NCBI RefSeq assembly: GCF_001194135.2
Contig: NC_068989.1
Location: 65,620,214 to 65,684,213 of the forward strand
DNA: 64,000 bases
Source of the DNA: Octopus bimaculoides
Taxonomy: Eukaryota
Direction: 5' to 3'
The stretch's first letter is position 1. The number at the start of each line of letters is the position of its first letter. This document shows positions 39,593 through 54,132 of the stretch, in pieces. Under the pieces are notes generated by a model that made no database searches, was not told where the DNA came from, and was given only the letters and a program-made list of their open reading frames with translations. The position numbers were made by a program, and so were the translations under genes.

Positions 39593-42500
39593 AAAAAACA
39601 ACTAATAAAATTTCATATAACATTCAAGGGTCTTAACGCTCTACTCAACGAAGCTTCATATAGCCTAAATTTATATAACCATAGCCTGCTCAAAAATAAG
39701 TACTAAACTAATATATTGGCTGTTATATTCAGTTCAAAATACCGAAGAATATAAAAGGAACTGAAGTGGAAATTCTTCATGGAAGATGACGATAAAAATC
39801 CGTGTTTACAAATATCTGGATATATTTCCAAGCGCTGAAAGCGCAAAAATTCTATTTCGGTTTAAAATACACACACTCTACGCACACATCAAAAGAATAA
39901 AAAGAAAGAAAGAACAAAGAACAAAGAAGAAAAAAGAGAAAACAACTTTTCCAATAAGTGAACTAAAATGATTCCAAAATATATAGTAAATAGAGAAATC
40001 AATAAATGTAATATAAACCAACGGAAGTAACATATTCATCATGAAAAAAAAAAACTAAGTCTTGACATTAAAAACTATAACGGTAACTTAAACAGACACC
40101 AATTTCATTTATTTGATTATTACATGGAACGTGTTAACCGAATCCAAAGAAGTTCTTGTGTTCAAACTATCAAGAATTCATTCAAGTGTATCTTACGTTT
40201 TCTGTATGACCGAATTGGTTTTGTTTCTCTTTTTTTTAAGACAATGTCGTACAATATGATAGAAATTTGGTAGATTGTAATATCACTTTGAACCAATGGT
40301 TTTCTTGATGAGTATGGCTATGAGGATTGCAACGGGGTGGACATACAGCCGGGTTGATAAGATTGAGGTTAAATTTAATGAATTTATTCTATTAAGACTT
40401 ATCCAATATCAGAGTGAAGAAACAAAATTTATACTGTTACAAATTCTATTCTGCCTTCTCTCGAGCTGACAGAATCGTTAGTGTGTGGGAAAAGTTATTT
40501 GTGGTATTTGTTCAAAACTCACCGGGGCTTACTTTCCCTTTCATTTTCCCTACAATCGATGAAATAAAACACCTGTCTTGTATTGTGATGGATGGTATCA
40601 TTTGTCCCCAACACACACACTCACTCAAAAATGCTACCTTTGTGCCTAAATTTCAAACTAATATTACAAAACAAGTGAAAGCAAACATTTTTCACTCATC
40701 ACTGGTATTTGTCAATTTGAAAACCACTTGGGTTAAGTGAGTACCTGGAATATTCTACGTTGGATCGAAGTTGTTCTCTTATTTTGAATTGACACAAAAG
40801 GCGCGTAGCATTTTGACAGTGAGAAGTAATGAAATTCTTGTATTTACCGATGGCAATACTGTTACAACCAAATTGAAAATTTCCCCTGGAGATATAAATT
40901 ATATATGTCTGACTGTTTTAGCTGGAAGGTTAAATCATTTTTTATTTTCAGAGCTTACCTGATATAGCAAAGTACAAAACTATTTTGCGTTAATCATAAG
41001 ACCTTGCTGCTAAATCTAATTTATAGACACCCTCCAGCCTTACTAAATCAACAGACGCATCTCACATAGCAATTCTAAGAAGTACAGAAAGTTACGAAAT
41101 ATAAAACAATCATCTCAAATAAAGATTTCTTAGATAAGCATGAAACTTGGGCTTACGAGGAAGAAGAAATCTGTCACATTATAACATTCATCTTTTAAAT
41201 TGATATGAGACTCAGACTCAAATCACAATACTTGTCCATTTATTTTTCTGTCAGTTAAACCCTCTACGTGATGAATGCACCAACACATTTCTGTATGTGA
41301 GAACTACTAGACCATTTCACACAAATTTTGAGGTACTGAAAAACGAACCATATATAATATAACTATATCTACTCAATCTAGCACAGATTCGATAACGATA
41401 TCAATATATTATGTATTAAGAAATCAATGATATTGTGACTCCTTAAGAAAATCAATAGCGAAAATGCTGAGAACAATAAATCTAATAAAGCCATCTCTAT
41501 GTGAAAATGTACACGCACATTAGTGAAACAAGACAACACAAAGACCGACTGCTGCAATATACACGAATCACGTGGGAACTTTAATGCTGTTACTTTACCT
41601 GTTAGAAATAGCTATCCGTTGTAAAAATGTTACAGTAGATAAGGTGTACTCAGGAATACGGTATTAGAAGAACAAACAATAGAAAATGAAGTGATCGCGG
41701 CTGGGATGCGTTTTGATTGAATTCACCTGCGGATTAATGAGAATATCAACAACTACAACTGCAAATTAGATTGATACCACAGATCCTTGTTCAGTTTGTA
41801 AATCTCAAATTTCATATTTTCACATTCAATGAACATACATAAAACAGAATCATAAATAGGTTAGAAATCGATAAGTGAATAAAACAAAACCGTCCGGTAT
41901 ATAAAGAATATGAGGACATTACTTGATTAAAATAATAGTCACACATTGATACGTCAAAAGCATAGCATAAATACACTTTCTGCGAATATCATAGATGTTT
42001 AGAAGTATTGACTTCTGCATCAGATACAAATATTTCAGACTCGAAGATTCGGTTTACCAACGAAAAGACTGCTAATTCTCATGTCGAATAGACTGAGTGT
42101 CCAATCCTAAGAAAATTCTCAAGTAAAACTATTACAACTATAGTCTGTCATATCAGTATAATAATGTCCAATATATTTACAGATGGTACTCCAGTGCCAT
42201 TCATTCCAGTGAACAGACAGATTTTCTATATATACAAAGCGTAAATATGAATAATATATAATGTGACTAAATTATTCCACATACAGGTAATGTGTAGTGC
42301 AATGGATGAGTGCTCTCTAGTGTAGTATAGTAGCTTTTTTTCTATTTAGATAATAAATTTCTTACATACACCCAAAGGATTGTTGAAAAAATTGTTATAT
42401 ATGAATATGTTACATATGACATATTTTGACACGATGTCTTTCCTAGCTGGTGATCACATAAATTTTGTTTATTTCTAATATGCATTTATGTTTATACAAA

Positions 42501-44119
42501 TGATAAAAAATAAATGTACAAAAACTCGAACGCCCACATGCACACATACACACCCTATCCGATATACATACATACATACATACACACACACATTAATATA
42601 TATAAATATTGTAAGAAAGGAAGCATTGATAACAAATATATCGGAGAAGAGAGATGTACAAAGACAGATACAGAATAACACAAATTCATTTTTGAAAGCT
42701 GCTCTTGTAGAAACCGGATATCATATCGAAGTCGACCAATACTGAGCAAACAGCCTGACAAGTTAGATAATGAAAAGAAACAGCAGAGAAGGGAGTAAAA
42801 AAAGTAACTTCACCAGAAAATTAATATTTAGAAACTAGTCAAAGTAAACGATAGTAATGCACAGAAGACCGAGTCCTATTGTATATAAACTTAGGTCGAA
42901 AACCCCAAAAGTCAATTGCCTGGAAGACGGCAGTTGTGTGAAACACCTGTCACGAGAAAACAAATTGAATTCGAATAAACTATATACTCTACACCACGTA
43001 CTGAATACTTTATTGCTCAAATTCAAATGTGATTCTAATGACAGTATGCATCGTTAATTTGTATTCGAGACTTTATACAATATCTCCTTTGAAATATTCA
43101 TAATATATTAAGCAGTTATGTATTTCGTGTGAAGTTAGGAAAAATTTACGTTTTTAAACTACCAAAAATATTGAAATGATATAATGAGAGAGAAAACATA
43201 TGGGAATGTCAGTACTGTATGTCAGTTTGTCTGTCTGTCAGTTTGTCTGTCTGTCACTTTTTCCCTCTCGTTAGAGCTAATCAAACCTAATTTAAGTATG
43301 CAGTCAACCATGATCTAAGTATACAAATTTTTACATTAAAATTTGTGTAAAACTGTTATGAAGATATTTCATTGTTACATGCTTCGCCTTTTGTCTTATC
43401 TCAAAATCTATTTTTTAAAATCGACGCATAGATAATCATAACGTGACTACTTTCATTTTTTTATGGTTTAGTACCGTAAAATGTATTGATTAACTTTAAC
43501 ATTTAAACAATAACAGCTAAAAAGCAACACAGCTAATATTTTAAAGTCTTTACGGACAATGTATTATTCATGTATAATATCCTTATCTTTGTTTTAGCTA
43601 GCAATGATTTATGATTTAATTTTACAAACAATGCACAAATATAGATTTGATGATGTTCCATAGAATACATTTCGAATTAATTGATTGGCCACACACGTGC
43701 ACACATACGCGAGTACACACACACACATTGGCACACATACATATACACACACACTCGATATATAATATGAAGTTATGTGCTATGGTGGTTGAATTTATTG
43801 TCTATTGTTATATTTTATCAGATATCTTTCTATGAATAGTTTACCGATAATTCTATTTGAAAAGAATTTTTTTGTTTTATTTAGAAAAATGCATTGCATA
43901 GAGTTAGTGGTGTCTCACTTAGAGAGAAAACCTGATATTTTTGTTGGTTTTGAAATAGTAGTTCTTCATTCGTACCTTTTTCTAATGGTATAACAGACAC
44001 ATATCAATTTACTTCGTACCGACATTCCATGTACATAAAATCGGGGAAAAGATGCTGAAAACAAATGTATTTTGCCGTCGTTTTTTTTTCCTGCTTCCTT
44101 GCTACATGGACGTAAACAA

Positions 44120-44330
44120 CCGGCCCAACGACTGAAGTTAAGAAGCTTCCTTGGCCATGTTAAAACTCTAACATCATCTGGGGAAGAAATCAGATTCCAG
44201 CTCTGGATGGAAGAGCTTGAGAACACCTCTTCTCCAATTGCCATAGGAATTATCCTCCTGCTAAAACCTCGTTTTGAATCTGAAGCAGTATGTATTTAGT
44301 GGAAGACGCTCAACTGACAAAGAACGAGAA
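44120..44330 (+). mobile_element. Possible Ty3/Gypsy pol (RT-RNase H junction) relic
   Basis: RLKLRSFLGHVKTLTSS...TSSPIAIGIILL resembles LRSFLG...LTSAP...DAS..AIGAVL, with a large deletion implied. Weak. Confidence 0.3.
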
Positions 44331-47300
44331 CAGGACGATCAAAATTTGCTTTGATCAAAGAGGGTTACACGACCGGCTCAATCATCTGTAAATGTCGAGA
44401 AGCATATCACTAACCCATGTTTGGACTTCACTGTTAATGATGTACAATTATTTGAACCCAAGTCTGTTTTTATAGAGTATCAACTATCCATTCTATCGCT
44501 GTATGTTCTATTTTGATCTACCACGTTTCCATTTCCACATTCTCGTTTTATTTTATTAATTTCTTTGTTATTTAATTCATTTATATAATATTTTAGGTTA
44601 TGAGATGTTGCGTACGCTAACTTCACCTTCTACCTGTTGAAGAGTTTGTAGCATTTACTTGATCTACAAAAAGGCCTATCCAGCCCGAGAAGAATTCCTG
44701 TCCTATCCTAGATTTTATTTGCAATCCAAAAATTCGGATTTTTCCATTTCTTTTAATGTTTCTATTTTGTTCGTTATTATCTGTTAGCTTTGTTTCTATT
44801 TTATGGCTGCTATTTCTACCTGTTTTTATCTGTCCTTTCCCTTCCACTCTTCCGTATTGCTTTATGCGTCCATCTTGATTCCTATTTTACTTAGTGTTGA
44901 CTTTGTGTTTTCCTACTCTAGTCCCTATCTCATTCATTTTTTTTTGGTAGGGTGGGGCTTCTTTATTCCTGGATTATTGCTAACATATTCTCTTATATAT
45001 ATATATGTATATATATATATATGTCCTCAGATTACACTTTCCTCAGATTGACACCCAAGCACTGGAACGTTCGTACTGAAGTATCTGACTCGAATGCTAA
45101 GCAGTACAGCATGTCGTTTCCAAATTTCCGGCAGAGTGAATTGCACCATGATGGTGTTTTTCTCACATACCGTGTAGTCAACAAAATCAAAAACAAAGAG
45201 CGTGCATGTGCGAAATTAAAAAAAAAACATGCGATGAACTCTGCCTGCAGACGCACAGTGAGAACGCCTATTGTTTCTCTTCCTGCAGGTCACTGCTGCT
45301 TAGTCTCCGCTGCAACGTCCTTGTCACGTCTTCCAGCCTTTACTTTGTCTACTGAGCATTGAGCAGCAGTCCTGATGTCGACATCTTTAGTTCGAACGTG
45401 AATTATCATGATAGAGATAAATATTTTCCAGTATGCAGATGGATGTGTAGTCCTCCATATCAGCTAAATTTGGCTCAGCTATAACTTTAATTTTTGTAGC
45501 CTTCCAATACATTTAGTGCTTCTTCAAGAAAGGAGACAAAATAGAGTCACGTTTAGTCCGAATACCATGTACGTTTGTATCTGTGTTTGTGTCTGTTTAT
45601 GTGTCTGTCTGTCTGTCTATCTGTCTGTCTGTCTGTCTGTGTCTGTCTGTCTGTCTATCTGTCTGTCTGTATGTATGTATGTATGTATGTGGTGCAGATG
45701 GTCGGAACGTGCAGAAGTGTTATCAAACTTGGTAGCTGTGTATAGCCGTGGCGAGATAGGAGAGGGAGAAGTTTGTTGCCTGAGTGCAAATTGAAGTTGG
45801 ATCGCCATTTTGCCTCTGTATTATGACGTAAAGAAGCACAATTTCATGTTCATGTAGAGAACAAAGTAGCAAGCGATTGCAACTTATTCGTCGCATTAAT
45901 CATCAAATTATTGCAGCAATTTTTACAAAATATTCGCGAAAAGTTAAAATAAAACAGAGTAATCGATATTTCTCTTCAAAGTCAAGGCCAATTGATGTCG
46001 AATAAAAAAAATGTGTATTTGATTTTTATTGTCGGAATACACGCTGCAAAGAAAATATTTGGACAGATATCCTTAAGACTTCTCTGCTAAAACCAAAGCT
46101 TAATATTGTATATAAATCTGTGTTGGTTAATATGTCCAGCACACTCAATAAACGTGTGAAACACTGTACAAATACATATAAATCAATTGAGTAAATAAAA
46201 TAAGTCTATACACATAATTTCGAAAGTCATCACCGATTTAACCTGAATAAATAAACGATTAAATTTTTGAAACTTGTGTACATTAGCGAACTGAAGGAAA
46301 ACAAAGTGGTATATCAACCAAATTCTGTTTTAGCAAATGCTCTTCTTTCATTAACTTTAGTTTACTTATTTCCTTATTTATTTGTTTGTTACTGCAAAAA
46401 TGCATATATCAAATAGAAATATATTCTGTGAACTAGAATTTTAATTCATCCTAAATCTTGTTTTTGAAGCCTAATATGAAATTGATTCTGAAAAATTATG
46501 AAAATAGATACATCATATAATCGCGTAATTTTCAAAATTTTAAACGACGCTTAAAAATAAGAGAAGCTGTTATTTGCATTATATTAATAATAAACTAGAA
46601 GTATGACATTCATGCATAAATTATATCACTGAGTTCAAAACAGCCTATCAGATTAGAAAAGAATCGATCAATGCAGAAAAAGAAAAAAAACCAAGTATTT
46701 GCAAAATAGACGAATGCAGTGCTGATATTGATTTCTTTTGGGCAGACACGTTGCCTTTTTTTTTTACCCTATGAAGAAGAGAGGAAACGCATCATCGGGG
46801 TGAAAGATTGCAGTATATTATTCTCATTTAATCTATAGTTCTTGGCGGAATTAAAAGGCATGATCCATACTAGTATGAGACATATCTTTAAAAAATAAGG
46901 TATTAATATTTCAATGCATTTATTCTTGGGTTGTATCGTTTAAATCCCTATTTTCAGCCGTTATACAATAACATTAAATTATCAATAACAATCTTCTAAA
47001 ATCCATTTTAGTTATGCAGGTTTATAAATTGCTGATCTCTGATATGTTAATGCTTGGGTAAAGACATGGAAATCATGTCAAGCTAACATCTATTGTTTCT
47101 CCAGAATCGTTAGACGTATTCTACTTTAAGAATACTCATATCGTCTGAGTAACAAAATGAGCGGTTTTCTGGTGAAGTCTCTTTCTCGCGTTAGTATTGG
47201 TTCTTGATTGCATAAAATGTTAATGATGAGAAACTCTATCAGATTGTCCAATCAACTAAACACAGCGCACACATGCATAAGCAGTCACGTGAGTACATAT

Positions 47301-47672
47301 ACTGGCACATACCAGAACATGCATACGTACACATACAAATACACACATATAAATACACCACCACATACTACAGAGAATATGCAAACAGATCATCACACAA
47401 AATTGAACTGAGTCATGAGAAATTAAATATTCCTCCCAGACAATGCAGCGGAGATGTATTCATATCCCATGAGACAATGGCCCGGTATTGTGTGTCCACT
47501 CCATTATATATGTGTGTGTGTGTGTGTGAGTGTGTGCATGTATATGTGCATGTGGGTGGAAGGGGGTGTTTGCGTGAATGTATATATATACATGTATGTA
47601 TAAATATATATTCTATCTATAAACATACATATATATATATATATACATATATATACATATATATATACATAT

Positions 47673-47707
<35 letters not shown>

Positions 47708-47713
47708 CATATC

Positions 47714-47744
<31 letters not shown>

Positions 47745-50207
47745 AGTATATATATATATAAATATATATATATATNNNNNNNNNNNNNNNNNNNNNNNNN
47801 NNNNNNNNNNNNNNNNNNNNNNNNNNNNNNNNNNNNNNNNNNNNNNNNNNNNNNNNNNNNNNNNNNNNNNNNNNNNNNNNNNNNNNNNNNNNNNNNNNNN
47901 NNNNNNNNNNNNNNNNNNNNNNNNNNNNNNNNNNNNNNNNNNNNNNNNNNNNNNNNNNNNNNNNNNNNNNNNNNNNNNNNNNNTATATATATATATAAAC
48001 ACACGTATGTGCTCATGCATATTTTCAGACAGACGTGTATGCGTGCTGGGGTTGGTTATATACTGATATACACATGATTTTAAGTGATCATAATTATTAT
48101 TTCTTTTATAACCAAATTAAACCAAAATTGTGTTGCGAGTATATTATTTCCCTTTATTCAAACAACGACACAAATCTCGCAATAGATTCCACTCTGGAAA
48201 TAAATTTTCTTATTACGTTGTATGCCTTTTCTTCTAAGAAACTACTGATGAATTCTACAATAATATAATTGTTTCCCTGCGTTGCTACAACTTTACTTTA
48301 GAAAGACGTCTCCCTAGGTTCAAGTAAGTAACTTCGGAAGCGGAATGAAAGAACGTGCTTATAGAGCAATCTATTGAGACGCATTATAGTTCAGATGAGA
48401 CCTCTGATGAGACAAGTAAGAATGTAGAACCTGACATCGATAAATCAGTCATTAAATGACAACCGGACTTTAATATTAAACTGTATATATCCTTGAGGAA
48501 TACTGTTCCAAGTTAATGGCGCAACTTGCAGTTAAGTAGATTTTCGGATTGTAAGAACAAGACAGCAGTTAAATGGTAGAATGTTTGTCAAGTACATAAT
48601 GTAAACCACGGAAAATGTCGTTTCATCTCGTTAAACTGATGAGAGGGCGATGACCAAGGGAACTCATTTGGGAGCGTTCAGATATATATATATATATATC
48701 CTTTCACGTATGTATATGTATATATATGTGTGTGTTTTATATATATGAATAAGTGTGTATATTTATACAAACATACTTGTATATGTACTCACACACACAC
48801 ATATTTATATATACATATGTATATATGTATCTATGCATGTCATATGATGTAAAAGTGTATGAGTGTGTGCGTGTGCATGTGTTTGAGTGTAATTTGAACT
48901 TCCTAATGTACTGACCGTGTTACCTTTATACAAATCTTGCATATTTTTTAATAAAATTATGCAAGATTTGTATAAAGTTATGAACGTCAGTACTTTTATA
49001 AATTTCAAATTGCACCCCCGCCACACACACACACACACACACGCATGCATGCATATACCCACACATATACCCACGCTCTCACACGCACACTCACGCACAT
49101 ACACACACATGTGTACATCAATATTTCGAAAGTAACACATTAGTTCGTCACCTCTTTACCCAGAAGCACAAGCTTTTCAAGGTTTTCGCTCTGGCAAATG
49201 CTTGTACAGTAATTTACTCCCTTATGTGCGGGTACAAACGTAAATGTATAATCTGAATAAATAAACACTAGTTTTTAGATATTTTCTTCCGGGTAGTGGC
49301 ACGAAGATACTCAGTTCCATTCCCCAGCTTCACAACGGGCAACCCATCACCCATCTTTGTACCCTATCCGCCTTCACCAATTCTTTCTATAACTGTAGCC
49401 ATCACTCTCATTGTACCAGTTGAAAACTAACATTCGGGAAATTATGATTAACTATATATAGCTTTATAGCCATTGATTTCACTGAGTAAATCTAGTCTCT
49501 ATCAAAATTAAAGCTGTTTCATATAAAATCATAAGGCAAGCATTTAACACTGCACGCATCTCTTGTGTCTTTTGTCCTCCTTTATTCTCTGTTCTTGGCA
49601 GATCGTGCTAGTTCTCTTTATTACTAAGCTTTGAGAAATTTGATTAAATTTAGGGATTTTATTCCATGTTGTTATCTGGATCCGGAAATGTTATACTGTA
49701 TGTTCAGAATTTGTGCAGGGCCTCCGGATTTTATTGATATTGATGGTTACCTTGTTCTGCTAATGCTCCGTACAGACTTGCCATTTTGACTATGATTTTG
49801 GGATATTTGTTTATATTTGTAAGTGATGTTGAGCTCAATAATGTAGATAACTTGTCATTTTTGCTCAAAATAAATATATCAGATCTGTTATGTTTGAATT
49901 TAGCTGAAGAGATGATGGAAATATTCCAGATCTAAGAACATCGATGTGCGCAACAATAGACTTATTTTCTATATTGACCACAGTATTATGTTCTAGCTGT
50001 ATTTTAAACCTTTTTTATTTGTATGTATGTGGGTATGTATGCCTATGTGTATCTACAAATCATTTTTGTCACTGCAATATAAACAAAAATCCTCCATATT
50101 TCGAAAAAAAAAATTCTAGTTATGTTAAGATCCAGCCGTTACCCGGAAATGAATATGGCTTGGTTACATGTACCATGTATTCACTAGCTGTTTTATATAT
50201 ATATATA

Positions 50208-50336
50208 TACGACGGTTTTCTTTCAGTGTCCGCCTACCAAATCCACTCGAAAGAGTTTGGTCGGCCCGCAGTGAGACTGAGCCGTAAACCATGTGGTTAG
50301 GAAGCACACATCTTACCATATCGCTACGCCTGCGCC
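50208..50336 (-). mobile_element. Family B SINE 5' half with internal deletion
   Basis: ggcgcaggcgtagcgatatggtaagatgtgtgcttcctaaccacatggttt..gggccgaccaaac..gagtggatttggtaggcggacactgaaagaaaaccgtc. Confidence 0.85.
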
Positions 50337-50440
50337 TATTTCAAGAGATTCTTTTGTCTATTACAGATTTCACTACTTCGAAACCACCGTGTATCAAGTT
50401 TACGATGGAGTGTTATAAGAAGTATACTTTGTTAGATTTA

Positions 50441-50626
50441 TATGGCTGAATGGTTTAGATGTTCGGTTTGCAAACATGTGGATCTGAGTTCAATCCCAGT
50501 GCCAGGCACTTTAAGCAAAAGTCTTGTAATTGAGCTCCGAGTCACGCAATACGTTGTGAGTTAATTTTCTAAAAGGTAGACTCTGCAGAAGTCTGTATCA
50601 CACACACACACGCACGCACGCACGCA

Positions 50627-50679
<53 letters not shown>

Positions 50680-50940
50680 GCATGCACTCACGTTACATTT
50701 GCGGATGCGCGAATGTCTGTTTGCGTGTATATGTTATTGTGTTTATCTGCTACGGCTTGATAACCAATCTTTGTTGTTTTGCTTAGATCCCCGTAACGAA
50801 AAATTTAGATAAAAACATAACCTGCAGAATAAACAGCAAGTATAAAATTAAGTATTGGAGAAGTCATATGACCGGTAAAATCCTTCGTTGCAGTGCACCA
50901 CCAAAGCCGCCGTTCAACAGTGATTGAAACAAATAAAAGG
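50441..50940 (+). mobile_element. Old, diverged family B SINE (head to head with the previous copy)
   Basis: tggctgaatggtt..gagttcaatcccagtgccaggcactttaagcaa, a (CA)n tract, cggcttgataacc..atccccgtaac..gattgaaacaaataaaag. Confidence 0.6.
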
Positions 50941-51980
50941 CTATAACATGAATTCATGTATATATGAAATTTTTAATCGACAAATAGACTTCCATGCACA
51001 TGCTACACTAATGGCAAACCAGTCTGGGGGGCGTAACAGGCTGTCGACCACAAGTGTAATTGAACTGAGAAGAAATCAAATTATAGACGTTAATTAGTCC
51101 ACCAACGGAGATATTTTCTGCCACATCCATTATCATTTTCTGATTTAATGAACATTGTTACTAACTGAGGCCATCTTAGTTTTATATATACATGGACATA
51201 CACACATACATACATTCATACATAGATGTACACACGTGTGCGCGCACGCGTGTATTATCTATGGAATTTTTGCGCTAGGGATATTGTGAACTGAACTTTC
51301 GAGAACAATATGAGTAGCAATAAAACAGCAATATAAACAAGTGCAACAAATAAATAATAATTTTGATCTGGTTATCAGAATAAATCTCTTTTCAAGAGTG
51401 AAAAAAAGTTCGTTTTCAATTGCAACGTGGAGAATTATATTATATATGTTCCAATGAACATCAAATTTCACAAAGCAGGGTGTTGAGTACAAATAACTAA
51501 GAACGCGTAGAAAATATGAACTAACATATGATTATGAATAATTTCTATATATCGATATTACAAAATATATTTCCCTTTATTACGTCTTATAACTAGAGAT
51601 ATTCGTATTTGTTAAAGAAGAAAAATCGATAAACTCCATAGTTATCACATATTATTTGTATGTGAGAGAAATATTTTGCTTTCACACTTCATAAACAGAT
51701 ATCTGCACCTGAAAAGAAACAAATGATGGCTTTGGCGATACTGTAACCAATGAAGTATACACGAGGCGCAGTTATTGCGAAGGGAAGATATATATGTATA
51801 TTTGCCTTTACAAAAGACCGGTTATTTAGATTTTGCTCTTGTCCCATTCCTGTCAAAAGCCTTTTGTTAATCCTTCCCCATAATGCATTTTAATTGTATC
51901 GAAGCCTCACGGGTTAAAAAAAGAGAGAAAAAAAGAAACAATATTTATTTTCATTTTTTTATTTTGCATTTCCAATTTTG

Positions 51981-52021
<41 letters not shown>

Positions 52022-53356
52022 NNNNNNNNNNNNNNNNNNNNNNNNNNNNNNNNNNNNNNNNNNNNNNNNNNNNNNNNNNNNNNNNNNNNNNNNNNNNNNN
52101 NNNNNNNNNNNNNNNNNNNNNNNNNNNNNNNNNNNNNNNNNNNNNNNNNNNNNNNNNNNNNNNNNNNNNNNNNNNNNNNNNNNNNNNNNNNNNNNNNNNN
52201 NNNNNNNNNNNNNNNNNNNNNNNNNNNNNNNNNNNNNNNNNNNNNNNNNNNNNNNNNNNNNNNNNNNNNNTATATATATATATATTTATATGGAGGTAAA
52301 ATTATAAAGGAATTATAATTATTACTGAGAATTTGGCAGGTAATCTATTGCAAACACAAGCAAACTTATTCATTCACGAAGTATTTACGCTATATACCAT
52401 CTTTATAAAAGAGATTTTAATGATTATTTGCAAGTTAAATCGATTTCTTCAATAAGCATAAACCCACGCACTGACAAGCCCGGTTAATCAAGAATGCATT
52501 GCAAACATGCTTTATTTCACAAATACAATACTTCCCAAAGACATTACTTTGCAAATACAAGGAGTAGCTGATTCTTCCTGCATGGTGCGCACCATAGATG
52601 AATAAAGCTGATTTCTACACGAGCCAAGGAATAGAACAATTATGTAGGCTGAAGAATTGTTAGAAATAACAGCCAAATCTGCATCAAACTACGCTCTGCC
52701 ATCATGAATGGAATCATTTGAATACTGAGGATTGGGGAAACTTGTATATACTAAAAAGAACGGGATGATCCCAGAATTGACTGATAGGAGCTAAAGCGTG
52801 GGTAATCAATAATAAGAGCAGCAAATTTTTAAAGCAAAATTTACCTCGTTTTTGACAATGTAATTCAAGTGAGCAATTAGAGCTGCGAAACTTGTGTACG
52901 TATATTGAATAACAGCTCAAATTAGCTACACGTTGCTTAAAGTTTTGTGGAGGTGAATAAAAGACACGACTAGGGACAACTGACGAAGGGGTATACTCCT
53001 TATATTGCATGTCTCGTTTCTCTGTTTGTTTGTTTTTTCGTTGTTCGAAAAATGTCCGTTTTCTATGTTTTCGTTTTTATGTTTTCGTTTTTATGTTTTC
53101 GTTTCTCATTGTGTTAAACGTTTTTTTTTTTATGTCCTGTACCCATATGTGCATGTATGTATACATATAGATGTAGGCATGTACATATATGTATGGATAT
53201 ATGCATATATTTATATATTATTTATATTATTATATGGTCGAAACGCCACGCATCCTTTTCCAAGTAAGTATATATATATATACATATCTCAGATTTCTTT
53301 GTCATGAAATTGCACCCTTACTGGGTTATTGTCTTCAAAGGTTTTAGTGGAATATT

Positions 53357-54132
53357 GTGTGTGTGTGTGTGTGTGTAAAAGATTATAACGGCCGTATTTT
53401 CCAACTGATTTTCTCCAAACTGGGAACATGCATTACTTATGTTCCAGGGGTGGTTTTGACAAGGAATAGCATTTCCACTGCAGAACGAAGTGCAGTTGCA
53501 ATAGCTCAGAGAAGCAACTTCTATGAAGCAGCTTTTAATTATGATCTAGCAGTTCATTATGCAGGTGACACTAGAGCTTCAATTGGTGTAATGACAACTG
53601 AGCGCATACATTATAAAGCAAGGAGTGGCCTGGAAAGACACCAGCAGTGGTGGAAATGTAAAACTCTCTGCAATCCCCAACCTCCATAGCCATTGAAGAA
53701 ATTGCTGTCGTTAACTGACCAAGATTTCAAGCACTTCCAAAACAAAATTAGACAATACAACGCTGTACTACATATGACATCATTTGGAGCCACAAGAGAT
53801 TTAACTGAGCCAGGACTCATGCAAACTATCAAGATCAAAGGTCAGGAATATCATCGGGTTGGCTCTCTACTACTTCTGTCATACGAATCACCGAAATCGA
53901 TCTTTCATTGTTTATAATCTGTACCTGTTTTTGGTTACGAAATAAGCTACAGTAAACGTGTTTTAAAAACATTTAAATTAACATTTATGATTCATGTTGT
54001 CATAGGCCGGAGAGCTATTAATGTAGAAAGTTGGTATCTCAGCTACTAGCAGTTGAGACGTGCGTAATCTAGACGGCGTTTTAAAATTTCATTATTCTCC
54101 TTAACCCGGGCAATGCCGGGCATTTCTGCTAG
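53357..54132 (+). mobile_element. Internally deleted Helitron: N-terminal RepHel remnant joined to a canonical 3' end
   Basis: AAFNYDLAVHYAGDTRASIGVMT and KHFQNKIRQYNAVLHMTSFGAT..GLMQTIKIKGQEYHRVGSLL match Helitron N-terminal motifs (AAFNYD; NIRxYNSAFQMTSFGA; GQVYHRIGSLLP). A 3' hairpin CCCGG-gcaatg-CCGGG (54105-54120) lies 8 nt before CTAG (54129-54132), followed by T. The 5' TC end was not found. Confidence 0.88.

Noticed and set aside
45270-45400. Strong plus-strand acceptor tgtttctcttcctgcag|G at 45288
   Set aside because: All three frames close within about 70 nt and no donor was found. A non-coding exon cannot be supported without RNA data.
52975-53012. GACA-a-CTGACGA-AGGGG-tata-CTCCTT...TGTC hammerhead-like fold
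   Set aside because: Stems I and II can form, but the obligatory GAAA and stem III are absent.
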